Position numbers and translations under genes: made by a program
Notes under the pieces: generated by a model
Database searches by the model: none
Seen by the model: only the letters and a program-made list of their open reading frames with translations
What the model was told of the DNA's origin: nothing
Part shown: positions 1 to 8,971 of the stretch, piece by piece
How the letters are laid out: the number at the start of each line of letters is the position of its first letter
How positions within the stretch are numbered: position 1 is the first letter of the stretch
Assembly (NCBI GenBank): GCA_025839675.1
Contig: CP104013.1
Location: 3,240,001-3,272,000 of the forward strand
Source: Candidatus Lokiarchaeum ossiferum
GTDB lineage: Archaea; Asgardarchaeota; Lokiarchaeia; Sigyniarchaeales; Promethearchaeaceae
DNA length: 32,000 nucleotides
Direction: 5' to 3'

Positions 1-318
1 TCATTCAAACATCACAAAATTAAACGTGATATTTATGAACAATTGAAAATGGAATATTCTACCGCCTTTAGAAAATATGAAGATGAAGTCCAAGGGTTGC
101 GAGTTAATATTATTCGATGGCTCTCCCAAGAAAAAACAGAAAAAAACAAACTAGAAGGCCGTATCAGATTACTCCAGGCACGATTTAAAACCCATGAAAT
201 TGATCAGGACGATTTTGATTCACAAAAATCCGATTTATCCAAGGAAATTGAACAAATCACTCAGAAAATTAAGATTCTTGAACTTTATTCTAGACCCAAA
301 AGATCAAAATGGTTTTAA
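1..318 (+). CDS. C-terminal part of a coiled-coil hypothetical protein (open at the window edge)
   Basis: Frame 1 has no stop from base 1 to the TAA at 316-318, so the track ATG at 43 may be internal. The sequence is charged and heptad-like (KNKLEGRIRLLQARFK, SKEIEQITQKIKILE). No family recognised. Confidence 0.4.
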   Translation, partial: SFKHHKIKRDIYEQLKMEYSTAFRKYEDEVQGLRVNIIRWLSQEKTEKNKLEGRIRLLQARFKTHEIDQDDFDSQKSDLSKEIEQITQKIKILELYSRPKRSKWF

Positions 319-384
319 CAAAAAAATTGAAATCAAGGGATCGTCACGAAATTTTTTAAAATTTTTTTTGCTTATCAAACTTGT

Positions 385-511
385 TATGCGCAAAGTAATG
401 ATCTCAATTATAGCTTTATTGGCAGTTTTGACCCTTGTTGCTGTAGGTTTAAATTTAAATCAACATGAATCGATCTCATCTTTCTTTTCACAAATGTCTT
501 ATTCATCATAA
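385..511 (+). CDS. possible small membrane protein (41 aa)
   Basis: ATG at 385 lies inside track ORF 194..511. MRKVMISIIALLAVLTLVAVGLNL is a basic N-terminus plus one hydrophobic helix. The upstream part of the track ORF overlaps the 1..318 gene in another frame. Confidence 0.25.
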
Positions 512-567
512 TCGAACTATTTGAGATTTAAGGATTTTTAAAAACTGTATAAAAAAAGATTTTTTAT

Positions 568-894
568 TTATTCTAAGAAATTATGTGATTTTTCTCGTTT
601 GGGTGCACTTTTATTTCCGAAATCTCGAAACTTCGTGTATTTTTCATCTTTATTTTTCAATTTCTTATATTCTTTATAATGTTTTTTACACAAAGCTGCA
701 CGTTTTGACTTTTTTTTATCAATGTCTAAGGTCCATTTTAGTTTTGTCATATAACCATCTAGATTAGATGCTGCTAAATGATGGGACCCTTCTAGTGAAC
801 ATCCACTAACTGAACACGAATCGTTAGTTTTTTTTATTCCCATGTCTCTCGATTGAGTAATTTTTTTTCGATGTTTAGGATTCGAACTTGGCAT
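568..894 (-). CDS. small basic Cys/His-containing protein, possible zinc-binding nucleic-acid binder
   Basis: 108-aa ORF, very lysine/arginine rich, with CSVSGC...HH...C..H spacing. It is divergent from the Nudix gene with a 53-bp AT-rich spacer. Family not recognised. Confidence 0.5.
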   Translation of the reverse strand: MPSSNPKHRKKITQSRDMGIKKTNDSCSVSGCSLEGSHHLAASNLDGYMTKLKWTLDIDKKKSKRAALCKKHYKEYKKLKNKDEKYTKFRDFGNKSAPKREKSHNFLE

Positions 895-947
895 TTATAA
901 TCAATTACAATAAATCAAATAAGGTAAAATATTTTTTGTTGCTATAT

Positions 948-1661
948 ATGAAAGAAAGAAAAAATGTTCTAAATAAAAAAGTAATTATTAAAAAAATAAC
1001 TCAGAATTTGAAAATTGATCCCCCTGATGAATTTGAAAGTCCTTATCTTAAAAAATCCGCCATTCTAATTTTATTGGTTGAGAAAGATTCTCAGCTTAAG
1101 ATAATCATGACTTCACGATCATCCAAATTAAACAATCATACGGGTGAAATGAGTTTTCCAGGTGGAAAATTTGATGTTTATCTTGATTACGACTTGAAGC
1201 ATACTGCAATACGTGAAACTGTCGAGGAAATTGGAATAGAAAAAAATAAAATTTCTATTTTGGGAAGGTTAAACGATCTACCTACAATAACAGGATATTT
1301 AATAAGACCCTTTATTGGAATATTGGACTGGAATGATTCAGATAATTTCGCGATTAATCATCAAGAAGTGGCCCATTTGGTAGAAATTCCATTAAACTAT
1401 CTGTTAAGAAAAAACTTATTCACTGAAACTCCAATGAAAATTTTTGAAGGGACAACAATTCCATTATTAAGCTTCGATTTTAAAGATCCTAATATTAACA
1501 AAATATTCCATATTTGGGGTGCTTCAGCTCACATACTTGCAGAATTCTTAAAAAAAATTTTTGAAATTGATAATATTAGCAATAAGTATAAACGCCCAAA
1601 CATTTCTGAAATAAATGACTATTTTAAAAAAAAATTAAAGGGTAAAAACTTGCCCCATTAA
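948..1661 (+). CDS. Nudix hydrolase, CoA pyrophosphatase subfamily (NUDT7/NudL-like)
   Basis: Nudix box FPGGKFDVYLDYDLKHTAIRETVEEIGI. The PGGK.D form with REt.EEiG is typical of CoA pyrophosphatases. ATG at 948 is preferred over the track TTG at 888, which would overlap the divergent gene start. Confidence 0.8.
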   Translation: MKERKNVLNKKVIIKKITQNLKIDPPDEFESPYLKKSAILILLVEKDSQLKIIMTSRSSKLNNHTGEMSFPGGKFDVYLDYDLKHTAIRETVEEIGIEKNKISILGRLNDLPTITGYLIRPFIGILDWNDSDNFAINHQEVAHLVEIPLNYLLRKNLFTETPMKIFEGTTIPLLSFDFKDPNINKIFHIWGASAHILAEFLKKIFEIDNISNKYKRPNISEINDYFKKKLKGKNLPH

Positions 1662-2927
1662 TGGAGTCTCAGTAGTGTAACCTAACTCTTGAATTTCTTT
1701 GGCAAAAGCCAATAGAACCTCGGATTCTCCATGAACACAAAATACTTTTTTCTCACCAGTAAATTTCAACTGATTTAAATAGGCTATCAAATCTGATTTT
1801 CCAGAATGAGAACTAAAATCAAAATGATTCACTTTGGCTTGCACATCTATTGCATCTTCGGGTGAATTTTTGATAAATTTACCATGATCTAATAGATATC
1901 TTCCAGGAGTATCTTCAGCTTGATATGATACAAGATTGAAAGAATTTTTTGGATCCTCGATAATATTTTCCGCATAATAACGGGCAGTTCCACCTTTTAA
2001 CATTCCGGAAGGAGCTACAATCACACCAGGAGAAGTTGCTGCTTTTTTCCTTTCAAAATCTCTTCTTCGTTGATTAATCATATGAGATGCTCGAATAGCT
2101 TGATCTAAAGCAGTTCCATCACGGAACATTTTTTGATGACGCTGATAAATCGTGGCGATTTTTCTTGCCATTCCATCAACAGTGACATGGAATGAAGAAG
2201 AACCATCTCTATTTAACACCATTAACATTTCTTGAGATCTAGATACCCCAAAAGCTGGAACAAGAGCAATACCTTTAATTTCCATCACCCGATGAATTTC
2301 TTCCATAAATTTATCTTCAATTTCAGCTCTGGAAGAATGATCCGTAGTTCCATAAGTCGTTTCAGTAATAATTGCATCAAGAGGTGGAATTTCTTCGGGA
2401 TTCGCTGGATTCAATAATTGAGTTTTTATTGTGTTAATATCTCCAGTATACAAGATTTTCTTTCCATCCATCTCTATCAAAATCAAAGCACTTCCAGGAA
2501 TATGACCAGCATTAAAAAGAGTGATAAATGACTTCTTCCCAACTCGACGACGTTTTCCATAATCCAAATAATTTACATATTTGCGCATTTTATACAATTC
2601 ATTTCTTCCGAAAGGAAGATAATCTTGACTGATTTTAAACATATCTTGCAAGAGAATTTCCGATACTTGATAAGTTAGCTCGGTGCAAAATAGAGGAACT
2701 GAGCCAGAAATATAAAATAGTGGAATACCACCACAATGATCTATGTGAGAATGCGTTAATACAATTGCAGACAAATCTTTTCCACTTACATGTTCGGGGA
2801 AAAGTTGAGTATAATCAGTTTTGGTCCCATAATCACAGAGAATAGAATCGCCGGTTTCTTCAGATTCAATTAAGACACCACTCCGCCCGACTTCTTGACA
2901 AGCCCCTAAAAATCTTATTTTTACCAT
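1635..2927 (-). CDS. metallo-beta-lactamase / beta-CASP family RNA-processing nuclease (short archaeal aCPSF2-like form)
   Basis: Motifs seen: HSHIDHCGG (HxHxDH), YTGDI, ETTYG (beta-CASP motif A), FSSHSG (motif B His), CVHGE (motif C). 430 aa with no KH domains. The 3' end overlaps the Nudix gene tail-to-tail by 27 nt. Confidence 0.85.
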   Translation of the reverse strand: MVKIRFLGACQEVGRSGVLIESEETGDSILCDYGTKTDYTQLFPEHVSGKDLSAIVLTHSHIDHCGGIPLFYISGSVPLFCTELTYQVSEILLQDMFKISQDYLPFGRNELYKMRKYVNYLDYGKRRRVGKKSFITLFNAGHIPGSALILIEMDGKKILYTGDINTIKTQLLNPANPEEIPPLDAIITETTYGTTDHSSRAEIEDKFMEEIHRVMEIKGIALVPAFGVSRSQEMLMVLNRDGSSSFHVTVDGMARKIATIYQRHQKMFRDGTALDQAIRASHMINQRRRDFERKKAATSPGVIVAPSGMLKGGTARYYAENIIEDPKNSFNLVSYQAEDTPGRYLLDHGKFIKNSPEDAIDVQAKVNHFDFSSHSGKSDLIAYLNQLKFTGEKKVFCVHGESEVLLAFAKEIQELGYTTETPLMGQVFTL

Positions 2928-3089
2928 TTATTGTTCGACCAGATTTATATATACAATAAATCAATCTCACAAAATTTAAGATTTTTTTGAATTATTGAAG
3001 TATACAAAATTTTTTTTGGGAACAAAAGTAAAAATAAAACGTTGTTGAAATAAATTCAAACATTTAGCTTTAGTGGGAAAGAATGAAAT

Positions 3090-3953
3090 ATGACATATGA
3101 GAAAAAAGATGTAGAAATTGGAATAATTGGAGGTACTGGCGCAGATATAGCCTTAGAAAATGTTGAATCATATAAAATATATACACCTTATGGAGCACCT
3201 TCAGATGAGGTAAAGATCGGAACATTTAATGGAAAAAAAGTGGCATTTTTAGAACGACATGGTCCAGGGCATTCACAGCCACCTCATGCATTAAACTATC
3301 GAGCAAATATATGGGCTATGAAAGAAATTGGAGTAAAAAGGATCTTTTCACCATGTGCTGTTGGCGGATTAACTCCTAAGACGGGTAAAGGAGTATTTGT
3401 AATTGTTGATCAATATATCGACCGCACGAAGGGGCGAAAAGAAACATTTTATGATGGAGGGCAAGTGTGTCACTTGGCTCAAGCTGATCCTTTCTGCCCT
3501 GAAATGAATAAGGTCTTCTATGAAACTGGAAAAGAATTAGGATTGAACATTATTAAAGGTGGAACTTATGTTTGTATCAATGGACCACGCTTTTCAACAC
3601 GTGCTGAATCTCGTATGTATGCAAATTGGGGGGGAGATGTGATAGGAATGACCGTTTATCCTGAAATTGTGCTTGCCGGTGAATTGAATATGTGCTATAG
3701 CTCTATTGCCACGGTCACGGATCTGGACGCTTGGGCGTGTGAATGTAAGAAATGTGGAATCGTGATGTATGGAGAAAAATGCCCTTCTTGTGGAGGAAAA
3801 ATTATACCTTTGTCAGTGTCTGTTGAAGAAATACTGGAAACTATGGCAAAAAATACTGATAACTTAAGAAAATTATTAGAAACCGCTATTCCTAAAATCC
3901 CATCTGATCAGGAATGTCCATGCCCACACGCTCGTGATGGTGCAGTTATGTAA
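3090..3953 (+). CDS. mtnP: S-methyl-5'-thioadenosine phosphorylase (MTAP) with an internal Cys-rich insertion
   Basis: Seen: GIIGGTG, FLERHG.GH...PH..NYRANIWA, INGPRFST.AES, GMT..PE..LA.E, ATVTDLDAW, C-terminal CPCPH. Collinear with MTAP/PNP family members remembered from human and archaeal enzymes. Confidence 0.9.
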   Translation: MTYEKKDVEIGIIGGTGADIALENVESYKIYTPYGAPSDEVKIGTFNGKKVAFLERHGPGHSQPPHALNYRANIWAMKEIGVKRIFSPCAVGGLTPKTGKGVFVIVDQYIDRTKGRKETFYDGGQVCHLAQADPFCPEMNKVFYETGKELGLNIIKGGTYVCINGPRFSTRAESRMYANWGGDVIGMTVYPEIVLAGELNMCYSSIATVTDLDAWACECKKCGIVMYGEKCPSCGGKIIPLSVSVEEILETMAKNTDNLRKLLETAIPKIPSDQECPCPHARDGAVM

Positions 3954-3993
3954 AATGATCTTTTTTTTTATGAACTCAGAAGTGAAAAATAAA

Positions 3994-4530
3994 ATGGTAG
4001 ACCTATTAAAACTTATAAGAAATGTGCCAGATTTTCCAATCCCTGGAATACAATTTAAAGATATTACAACTTTAGTCCATGATAAAGAGGGTTTCAAAGA
4101 ATCTTGTGATAAACTTGCAGAAATATATAAAAATCGGGGAATCACAAAAGTAGTTGGAATCGAAGCCCGAGGTTATATATTTGGATCCGTCGTGGCATAC
4201 TTGATTGGAGCGGGATTTGTATTAATTCGCAAACCGGGCAAATTACCAGCAGAGACGTATGAAATGGAATATTCTTTAGAATACGGCACGAATAAAATTG
4301 AAATTCATAAAGATTCTATAGCAAAAGGAGAAAAGGTACTCATCGTGGACGATCTTTTAGCTACAGGTGGAACTGCTATCGCTTCAGCACGCTTAATTGA
4401 AAAAGCAGGGGGGATTGTTGAAGAAATGGCCTTTGTTATTGAATTATCTGGATCTCTTAAAGGTCGAGAAGCGATTACTAAAGCAGGGTATAAATTCTCA
4501 AGTTTGCTTGAAATTCCTGTCGATGAATAA
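3994..4530 (+). CDS. apt: adenine phosphoribosyltransferase
   Basis: Seen: IRNVPDFPIPGIQFKDIT, GIEARGYIFG, EYSLEYG, and the PRPP loop VLIVDDLLATGGTA. ATG at 3994 gives a typical ~178-aa APRT. The track start at 3934 overlaps the MTAP 3' end. Confidence 0.9.
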   Translation: MVDLLKLIRNVPDFPIPGIQFKDITTLVHDKEGFKESCDKLAEIYKNRGITKVVGIEARGYIFGSVVAYLIGAGFVLIRKPGKLPAETYEMEYSLEYGTNKIEIHKDSIAKGEKVLIVDDLLATGGTAIASARLIEKAGGIVEEMAFVIELSGSLKGREAITKAGYKFSSLLEIPVDE

Positions 4531-4570
4531 TTGTAATTATAAATTCTTAAAATGAATCGGAGAGAAAACA

Positions 4571-5152
4571 ATGAGCAAAGATGAAAAAAAACCATCAAGT
4601 ATAAGTGATTCTGAAGAAATTTTCTTAAGAAAATTAGCACGAAGGACAGTATTACGACGAACTGGTATTCAAATACATGGAACAGCATATGTTTTCGTCA
4701 ATGTAATTCTACTGATAATAAATTATTTGACACCCCCAACATATTTATGGAGTTTATGGGCAATTGTAGGTTGGGGCGCAGGATTAGCATTTCACGGCTT
4801 TGCATATTTCAATCCTAAAGGTAGTGGAATGTCATGGCATGCATTTTCATTTGTAGTTGTTAATTGTTTGCTCTTTTTCATCTTCGTTTTCACTAAAGCT
4901 ACGACTTACCCATGGTTTCTATGGCCTTTCGGAGCATGGTCGGTTGGATTATTGAGTCACTTTATTGTATGGAAAGTACGAAAACCACGAGATGGAGAAG
5001 ATCCTTCTAAATCTTGGATCGAACGGAAAATCGATAAAGAACTAAGAAAAGTATCACACACGGATGAAATTCATGGTCGAAAGTGTTCAAAATGTGGAAC
5101 TGAAGATTTAGAAGGAGCGTCTTTTTGTGCTCGTTGCGGAAATCAACTTTAA
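4571..5152 (+). CDS. membrane protein with two 2TM-type repeats and a C-terminal zinc ribbon
   Basis: Two copies of the pattern basic-H..aY..vN...(TM)...W..W...GW..gl..H. C-terminal CSKCG...(11)...CARCG. Confidence 0.6.
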   Translation: MSKDEKKPSSISDSEEIFLRKLARRTVLRRTGIQIHGTAYVFVNVILLIINYLTPPTYLWSLWAIVGWGAGLAFHGFAYFNPKGSGMSWHAFSFVVVNCLLFFIFVFTKATTYPWFLWPFGAWSVGLLSHFIVWKVRKPRDGEDPSKSWIERKIDKELRKVSHTDEIHGRKCSKCGTEDLEGASFCARCGNQL

Positions 5153-5213
5153 GTTTCATATATCATCCTTTTTTTTGCTTAAATTTTAAAGATCTATCAT
5201 ATTTTATTAAAGT

Positions 5214-5795
5214 ATGTTTGAAAATATTGAGCATGTAGCAGATACGATTACTGAAAAAGAGCTTAAAAACCTTCTTCTACACAGAAATCGACAGTGGATA
5301 TATAAAAAAGATGGATCTTCTTCGGTGAATGGTTCACTAAAAACTGTGGTACTCTCTTGTATAGATTCGCGAGTTCCAGTGGAAAAAATATTTCAGGCTA
5401 AGCCAGGAGAATTATTGGTTTTAAAAAATGCAGGAAATTTGATGACTGATGACATGTTTCGATCCGCCCTTGTTGCTTCGGTTGAATTAGGTGCAAAATT
5501 TTTCATTGTATTGGGCCATACTCGATGTGGAATGGCCATTAAAAATAATCCTGCAAAAATCGATCACATAGCAACCAAAATAAGTCAAGAGTCGCTTAAC
5601 AAACTCGCTTCGCGGTCAAAAAAGGATGTAATAGAGTGGTTTGGATTCTTCAACCAAAATGAATGGAATGAAAATGCAACAACTCAAGCCGAAAAACTTC
5701 AAAAGCTGCTAGACGAAACAGTTTCAAAAGATTTACAGCCCACAATTCTAAAAGCTATTTATGATTTGGACTCTGGAGAAGTAACTTTCATATAG
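5214..5795 (+). CDS. beta-class carbonic anhydrase-like protein
   Basis: Zinc ligand motifs SCIDSR (CxDxR) and GHTRCG (HxxC), with KPGELLVLKNAGN between them. Confidence 0.75.
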   Translation: MFENIEHVADTITEKELKNLLLHRNRQWIYKKDGSSSVNGSLKTVVLSCIDSRVPVEKIFQAKPGELLVLKNAGNLMTDDMFRSALVASVELGAKFFIVLGHTRCGMAIKNNPAKIDHIATKISQESLNKLASRSKKDVIEWFGFFNQNEWNENATTQAEKLQKLLDETVSKDLQPTILKAIYDLDSGEVTFI

Positions 5796-5807
5796 AATTG
5801 AAACTTG

Positions 5808-5823
5808 TTTTGGTTTTTTTTTT
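5808..5823 (+). terminator. T-rich tract after the carbonic anhydrase gene (archaeal-type terminator candidate)
   Basis: GTTTTGG followed by a run of 10 T at 5814-5823, 13-28 nt after the stop codon. Confidence 0.3.
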
Positions 5824-5964
5824 CTAAATTTTAAAACTCTTTTGATAAGTATAACAGCTTTACCTTATGGCAGTACTTGTGACGATTAATCATGCAGATG
5901 GTTATATTGGATTTACTATAATTGAATTGTTGTATTATTGTAAATTATTGAAGAAGTGAATGAA

Positions 5965-6078
5965 ATGAATGAAAAAACCAGAAATAAAGTAATAATCACC
6001 ACCATTTTTGTGTTGAGTTTTGCAGTTGGGTTGCTTTTTGCATTCGCTAACGGCCACATCCGATCAATAACTGGTTAA
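5965..6078 (+). CDS. possible 37-aa single-pass membrane peptide upstream of the ABC cluster
   Basis: Hand-translated as MNEKTRNKVIITTIFVLSFAVGLLFAFANGHIRSITG, a basic N-terminus plus one TM helix. It ends 14 nt before the binding-protein ATG and is below the track length cut-off. Confidence 0.2.
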   Translation: MNEKTRNKVIITTIFVLSFAVGLLFAFANGHIRSITG

Positions 6079-6092
6079 GGAAGTTTTAAGAA

Positions 6093-7271
6093 ATGACTCA
6101 AAAAAAAGGTTCTAAAAACTATTTAAAACAAAAAATCAGTGCTACCATTTTTTTAGCATGGATTTTATTCGGATTTTTTAGTGGATCCGCTCTTGGATAC
6201 TTAATATTTCAAAATTCTGATGATGATGTAATAAAACTTTCAATGGTTTATTCCAGCGAAAAATCAACTTGGATTTCGGAAACTGCAATACTTTTTCAAG
6301 AATTTTGGGAAGAAAAACGCGTGCAGGACAGTTCTTTAAAGAAAATTTCTTTGGATTTTCAGCCATATGGCTCGGGTGATTCATTAATTGCTTTATTGAA
6401 TGGAGAAACAAAACCCACGATCTGGTCCCCTGCATCTAACATATGGGTTCCATTACTGAACACCAAATGGAGCCAATATACATTAACTGATGATTTAATA
6501 GTACCAAATTTCACCCGTTTAATATATTCTCCTGTTGTAATTGCGACATGGGAAGATTTTTATGCAGAGCATTCATTTAATGGCCTAAATGATTTACACG
6601 ATTTGATTGTGGATAACCCCGGTCTTATAAACATGGCTCATACTGATCCTCGATCATCAAATAGTGGTTTTATGGCAACCACCATGATGGTTAGTAGCTT
6701 TTTAAATATGGATCCTGAGCTAATGTCTGTTAATAACTTAACTCAAGAACCTTTACAAACTTGGATGTCAGAATTAGAGAGCGCCGCCATTTTTTATGGA
6801 AAATCTACAGGATTTTTAGGGAAATATATGCGAGATCAAGGGCCTGAAGCTCTTCAGGTTGCAATTCTTTATGAAAATCTTGTTCAAGATTATGGTCAGG
6901 AAGCCGAAGAACGATATGGACAAAAAATTGTAGCGGTTTATCCTGAAGAAGGGGCTTTATTTAGCGATCATCCTTTTTGCATTCTGAATGCTGAATGGGT
7001 CTCGGAAGATCAAAGAATGGTTGCAGAAGAATATCTAAAGTTCATTAGTCAAAAAGAAATAATCACGAAAGCAATTGCCACTGGATTTCGTCCAATTAAC
7101 ACTGAATTTTTGAATGATCCAATCGTTCAAGAAGTATATAGCCAGTCTTTTAATGCAAACCATGGGGTAACCGCAGATCCAAGTATTATTATTGAATTAC
7201 AACCCCCTGCTGATGGAACCGTAATTGGAAGAATTCCAGATTTATGGCTTTTAACTCGGAATTCAGTGTGA
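6093..7271 (+). CDS. ABC transporter substrate-binding protein, N-terminally membrane anchored; substrate unknown
   Basis: N-terminal TM helix (ISATIFLAWILFGFFSGSALGYLIF), then a periplasmic-binding-protein-like sequence (YGSGDSL, TIWSPAS, DPRSSNSG). It sits directly upstream of the permease and ATPases. Confidence 0.7.
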   Translation: MTQKKGSKNYLKQKISATIFLAWILFGFFSGSALGYLIFQNSDDDVIKLSMVYSSEKSTWISETAILFQEFWEEKRVQDSSLKKISLDFQPYGSGDSLIALLNGETKPTIWSPASNIWVPLLNTKWSQYTLTDDLIVPNFTRLIYSPVVIATWEDFYAEHSFNGLNDLHDLIVDNPGLINMAHTDPRSSNSGFMATTMMVSSFLNMDPELMSVNNLTQEPLQTWMSELESAAIFYGKSTGFLGKYMRDQGPEALQVAILYENLVQDYGQEAEERYGQKIVAVYPEEGALFSDHPFCILNAEWVSEDQRMVAEEYLKFISQKEIITKAIATGFRPINTEFLNDPIVQEVYSQSFNANHGVTADPSIIIELQPPADGTVIGRIPDLWLLTRNSV

Positions 7272-7276
7272 TTATT

Positions 7277-8950
7277 ATGGGAGAAAGAGAAAAAATGGAG
7301 AAAATTTTAATTAAACCAGAAAAATCTAATTCCTTATTATTGAAAACAGAAACAGAACTTTCGAAAAAGAAGTATAAAATTTTGTTAGAAGTTCTGGTTA
7401 TCGGCTTTTTTATGATGATCATTGCGGCCCCCATCATCAATATCATCAGCAATGTCATTGATAATATTGGTGAGATTCGGATCCGTTTATTTACCGACGA
7501 GTTACTCGGAGATTCTCAATGGCAAATGATGAAATCAGCACTATGGGAATCGTTTTCAATAGCTTTTATCGCAGTCGGAATTGATCTTATAATAGGTTTC
7601 CCCATAGCAGTAATATTAACCAGAGGAGAATTCAAAGGGAAAAAAATAGTTGATTTTCTCGTCGATTTACCAATGGCGGTTCCGACCTCAGCTCTTGGAT
7701 TCTCAGTGATGCTTTTTTGGACTATTTTTAATATCTTACCCGGAAGGACCCTAATTATTTTTGTTCATGTTGCCTTTACATATCCCTATATTGTTCGTAA
7801 TCTAAAAATTGCAATTGAAAAAGTAAATCCTCTATTAGAAAAGGCAGCCATGACATTATCGGCTTCAAAATTAACCGTGCTGCGTACAATTTCGTTTCCG
7901 CTCATTCGAGAAGGGCTTATTGCTGGCTCGATTCTTGCATTTACCCGTTCTTTAGGTGAAACGGGAGCGACCATGATTTGTGCAGGATTAGTTGAAACAG
8001 CCCCTATTTTGGTGGTAGGATTACGCAAGCAATTGCAATTACCAACGGCATCCTTTTTATCTTTAGTACTTATTATAATTTCGTTGAGTTTGCTCTTAAT
8101 TGTGAAATTGATTGCTCGTCGAGATACCACTACCAGAAAATTCTGGCAAATTCATTTTGATTGGGAAAAATATCTTTCCAAACCGGTTTTTTCACGAGGG
8201 GTCAAAATATTAGCAGTTATTCTCATGATCATATTTGTATTAGTCCCTTCCTTCTATATCGTGTCCCAAATCAATCTAGCTAAAGTTCACGAAGAGTTAT
8301 TTGATGTAGATAATAAATGGGCCTATCTTTGGGAATCGGTGGTAAATTCATTTCAAGTTGGATTTATAGTCATTGCGATTGATGTAGTCTTTGCAATTGC
8401 TTTTGCTTTCATTTTAACGCGCGAAAAATGGGGAAAAGCGAATGAAATCCTTGATGCAATTTTAGATATTCCATTAACCATACCAAGTGCAGCCTTAGGA
8501 TTTGCAGTATTTATGTTTTGGGGTCCCGCAGGTATTAATATCGCAGAACCGGGACTTGGAATGATAATCTTTACACATCTTACATTTACTTTCCCTTATG
8601 TTGTTCGACCAATTGCGGCTCAGATTAAAAATGTAGATGTAGGACACGAAGAAGCCAGTGCAACTCTTGGAGCGGCCCCTTTGACAACTTTTAGAAGAAT
8701 AACATTTCCAGCCATTAAAAATGGAGTTATTGCGGGTATGATTGCGGCCTTTACCCGTTCTCTTGGTGAAACAGGTGCCACCCTCATTGTAATGGGAGCT
8801 GATCGGACAGTACCGGTCTTGATTGTTGATTGGGTTGAAGAGAATGCGTTTATTTCAGCCGCTTTCGCAAGTGTATTGGTAATCATTATCAGTGCCTTCT
8901 TACTTGCTCTCGTTCGGATGTTCACTCCCACCATAAAACAACGATTATAA
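7277..8950 (+). CDS. fused two-domain ABC permease (CysTW/ModB-type transmembrane domains, duplicated)
   Basis: Two homologous halves each carry the EAA-loop region: EKAAMTLSAS...FTRSLGETGATMI and EEASATLGAA...FTRSLGETGATLI. There are about 12 hydrophobic segments. ATG at 7277 avoids overlap with the binding-protein gene. Confidence 0.85.
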   Translation: MGEREKMEKILIKPEKSNSLLLKTETELSKKKYKILLEVLVIGFFMMIIAAPIINIISNVIDNIGEIRIRLFTDELLGDSQWQMMKSALWESFSIAFIAVGIDLIIGFPIAVILTRGEFKGKKIVDFLVDLPMAVPTSALGFSVMLFWTIFNILPGRTLIIFVHVAFTYPYIVRNLKIAIEKVNPLLEKAAMTLSASKLTVLRTISFPLIREGLIAGSILAFTRSLGETGATMICAGLVETAPILVVGLRKQLQLPTASFLSLVLIIISLSLLLIVKLIARRDTTTRKFWQIHFDWEKYLSKPVFSRGVKILAVILMIIFVLVPSFYIVSQINLAKVHEELFDVDNKWAYLWESVVNSFQVGFIVIAIDVVFAIAFAFILTREKWGKANEILDAILDIPLTIPSAALGFAVFMFWGPAGINIAEPGLGMIIFTHLTFTFPYVVRPIAAQIKNVDVGHEEASATLGAAPLTTFRRITFPAIKNGVIAGMIAAFTRSLGETGATLIVMGADRTVPVLIVDWVEENAFISAAFASVLVIIISAFLLALVRMFTPTIKQRL

Positions 8951-8971
8951 TTAAAATAAAAATGATATAAC

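Noticed and set aside
194-511. 105-aa track ORF
   Set aside because: Its first half overlaps the better-supported 1..318 frame and reads as lysine/isoleucine-rich noise. Only the last 41 codons, from the ATG at 385, look like a possible small membrane protein.
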